Source of the DNA: Spirochaetaceae bacterium | GTDB taxonomy: Bacteria > Spirochaetota > Spirochaetia > DSM-2461 | Assembly: GCA_965224705.1 (NCBI GenBank) | Contig: OZ245056.1 | Location: 352,001-416,000 of the forward strand | DNA: 64,000 nt | Direction: 5' to 3' | In this document: piece by piece, positions 62,025 through 64,000 of the stretch | How the letters are laid out: every line of letters begins with the position of its first letter | Numbering within the stretch: the first letter of the stretch is position 1 | The notes under the pieces: model-generated | Databases searched by the model: none | Told to the model about the DNA's origin: nothing | Seen by the model: the letters and a program-made list of their open reading frames with translations, nothing else | Program-made: the position numbers and the translations under genes

Positions 62025-62330
62025 TCATATAGGATATCCAAGGAGAAGCCGGGCACTTTCGCTCATCATGTCCTGGCTCCAGGGAGGGGTCCATACAACA
62101 TTGGTCAGGACATCCTTTACATCTGTCTGCCTCTTAACCTGTGCAATAATATCCGACGTAATCATATCTCCGAGGGGGCATCCGGGATATGTAAGAGTGA
62201 AATCAACCTCTGCAATATTCCCTTCCACCACATGAGTTCTGTAAACCAATCCCAAATCAACAATGTTAATATTCAACTCAGGGTCGATAACATCATATAA
62301 CGCATCTTTTACATCCTGATCCGTAGCCAT
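62025..62330 (-). CDS. sufT: DUF59/SufT metal-sulfur cluster biosynthesis protein
   Basis: VIDPELNINIVDLGLVY, TLTYPGCP, VWTPPW. Confidence 0.9.
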   Translation of the reverse strand: MATDQDVKDALYDVIDPELNINIVDLGLVYRTHVVEGNIAEVDFTLTYPGCPLGDMITSDIIAQVKRQTDVKDVLTNVVWTPPWSQDMMSESARLLLGYPI

Positions 62331-62333
62331 AAC

Positions 62334-62768
62334 CTATTCCTTCTCCGAATACTCTCTCAGTTCCGACCGGGAAAACTCATCCAGTGAGATATTTTCCACG
62401 AAAGCAATCCACTTATCTTGAAAAACCTGTATGATGGGTTTAATCGTGCATCCACAATTCTCCTGGGCACAATTCCCGTCATCAGTCAGGCAGTCTGCTA
62501 TGCGCTCATCTCCCCTCACCGCTTTGATGATACGGCCAAGCCGAATATCCTGAGGGATGCTCTTCAGGCAGTATCCCCCCTGTGGGCCCTGTATGGCACG
62601 GATTAGACCACCTGCTCTGAGCTTCTGGAGTATGCGGGCCAGCAGCTTGAATGGTATCTCAAATTTCACTGATATCTCCCTTGCGGAGATAAGCTGGCCT
62701 GCCGGCAGCCGGGTCATTTCCAGCAGGGCAATAAGCGCGTACTCCATATCTTTGTTAAATCGAAACAT
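62334..62768 (-). CDS. Rrf2 family transcriptional regulator of the suf operon
   Basis: EYALIAL, ILQKL, QGPQGGY, C-terminal cysteine cluster. Confidence 0.92.
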   Translation of the reverse strand: MFRFNKDMEYALIALLEMTRLPAGQLISAREISVKFEIPFKLLARILQKLRAGGLIRAIQGPQGGYCLKSIPQDIRLGRIIKAVRGDERIADCLTDDGNCAQENCGCTIKPIIQVFQDKWIAFVENISLDEFSRSELREYSEKE

Positions 62769-62777
62769 TCACTCCTC

Positions 62778-62830
62778 TAATACTACAGTTTTAATAGTAT
62801 TAAAATAATCACTGGTACTATTTTTGTCAA
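62778..62830 (-). promoter_or_regulatory. suf operon promoter with a putative Rrf2 operator
   Basis: Minus strand TTGACA-17 bp-TATTTT followed by the perfect inverted repeat TAATACTA-N9-TAGTATTA (62778-62802) just before the GAGGAG RBS. Confidence 0.7.
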
Positions 62831-62965
62831 CAGCATAATTCTCAAGTAGATATCTGGAATTAACCGTACATGCATTCCTGCTGTAATCATCGCCCATCAA
62901 TCAGATTTCCATCCGCCGGAGAAAACAGGTGACGAGTCATTCCCTATGCGATATAGTTGCTCCAT

Positions 62966-63898
62966 ATGACAGATACAACAACTATCCCCCGACTTCTGGA
63001 AGGAATGGATCAAGTATTCAAAGGTAAAAAAGAACTTCTGGAATTTATAATAGCGGCTGTTATTGGCGGAGGACATATTCTTATTGAAGACCTACCGGGA
63101 ACTGGAAAAACAACGATTGGAAGAACACTGGCCAAACTCATTGAAGGAGCGGAGTTCAAGCGTATTCAATTCACTCCCGATTTATTGCCCTATGATATCA
63201 CAGGAGTTGATATCTGGGATGAAGAAACCCGGCAGTTTGTATTTCGGCCCGGGCCGGTATTCGCCAATGTTGTACTGGCCGATGAAATCAATCGAACAAC
63301 TCCAAAAGTTCAATCAGCACTTCTGGAAGCCATGGCAGAATCCCAGGTAACGGTTGGCAACCGTACACATCTGCTTCCCCCATTTTTTGCAGTTATAGCC
63401 ACACAAAACCCCATTGAAACGGAGGGAACCTACCCTCTGCCTGAAGCACAGAAAGATCGCTTCATGCTTCTTCTGCGTCCTGGTTATCCGGAGAGGGAAA
63501 CTGAGTACAGCATTGTAACCAAAAATCCCGGGCGAAGTAAACTGCCGACTCTTGCGCCGGTTTGCACAATGGAAGAACTTCTGCATATCAAAAAGGAAGT
63601 TATGGATGTGTATGTTGATGAACGAATTATCCGCTGTGCTGTCAACATTGCCTCGGCACTGCGGGAACACCCGGATATCTCTCTGGGAGTATCAACAAGG
63701 GGAGCCTTGATGCTGGTGGATGCTATGAAAGGTCTGGCATTGGTGAGGGAAAGAAACTATGTGATTGATCAGGATTTATCTGACCTCGTGGTGGCCGTCT
63801 ATGCCCATCGCATACATCTTAGAGGAGGATTCTCCAATGCCGAATCAATGGTAATGGACTTTGCTGCCCGGGAAATCCACCAATTACATCATGGTTAA
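62966..63898 (+). CDS. MoxR-family AAA+ ATPase
   Basis: EDLPGTGKT, RIQFTPDLLP, LADEINR, ATQNPIETEGTYPLPEAQKDRF. Confidence 0.93.
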   Translation: MTDTTTIPRLLEGMDQVFKGKKELLEFIIAAVIGGGHILIEDLPGTGKTTIGRTLAKLIEGAEFKRIQFTPDLLPYDITGVDIWDEETRQFVFRPGPVFANVVLADEINRTTPKVQSALLEAMAESQVTVGNRTHLLPPFFAVIATQNPIETEGTYPLPEAQKDRFMLLLRPGYPERETEYSIVTKNPGRSKLPTLAPVCTMEELLHIKKEVMDVYVDERIIRCAVNIASALREHPDISLGVSTRGALMLVDAMKGLALVRERNYVIDQDLSDLVVAVYAHRIHLRGGFSNAESMVMDFAAREIHQLHHG

Positions 63899-64000
63899 TC
63901 AGCAGCGGGTACTTTTCTACCCAACTCTTCCAGGAGTACTGGCCAGTATCGCCCCCCTGCTGCTTCTGCATCCGGCTGTCGAAGGATCCAGCGTCCCTGG
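63891..64000 (+). CDS. Partial ORF overlapping the moxR stop, possibly the DUF58 partner
   Basis: ATG at 63891, open to the window end, hydrophobic N-terminus. Identity is from context only. Confidence 0.4.
   Translation, partial: MVNQQRVLFYPTLPGVLASIAPLLLLHPAVEGSSVP

Overview
A 64-kb bacterial chromosomal segment, most likely from a spirochaete. This rests on the rpoZ-miaA-bS22 gene order, an EDPR-type MurE and an orphan NeuB/SpsE-type gene, and is inference rather than proof. Housekeeping genes include eno, trmL, rel, prmC, prfA, topA, murE, serS, asnS, prs, folB, rpoZ, miaA, hpt, a complete Rrf2-led SUF operon and two tRNAs (Gly-CCC, Leu-GAG). An AT-richer accessory block (sugar ABC transporter, two-component system, esterase, DAACS transporter, IS relics) lies between the two tRNAs. 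The most striking feature is a dense population of small mobile elements. Family A has GTGTCAG(G/A)AAGC(T/C)TGT ends. It comprises one intact 1.25-kb IS with an IS1-like transposase whose third catalytic position looks non-canonical, plus about ten non-autonomous derivatives in several size classes. Three of the element ends now supply stop codons for host genes. Family B is a ~161-bp rod-like hairpin MITE with 4-bp target duplications; one copy sits in-frame inside a VOC gene and one is nested in a family A element. Other points of interest: a MATE transporter followed by a nucleosidase-like/spore-photoproduct-lyase-like radical SAM fusion lacking the SPL H-donor cysteine; a 29-aa bS22-like ribosomal protein missed by the ORF track; a tRNA abutting a start codon; and a probable CTG-initiated amino-acid decarboxylase. 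All calls come from reading motifs by eye; no searches were run.
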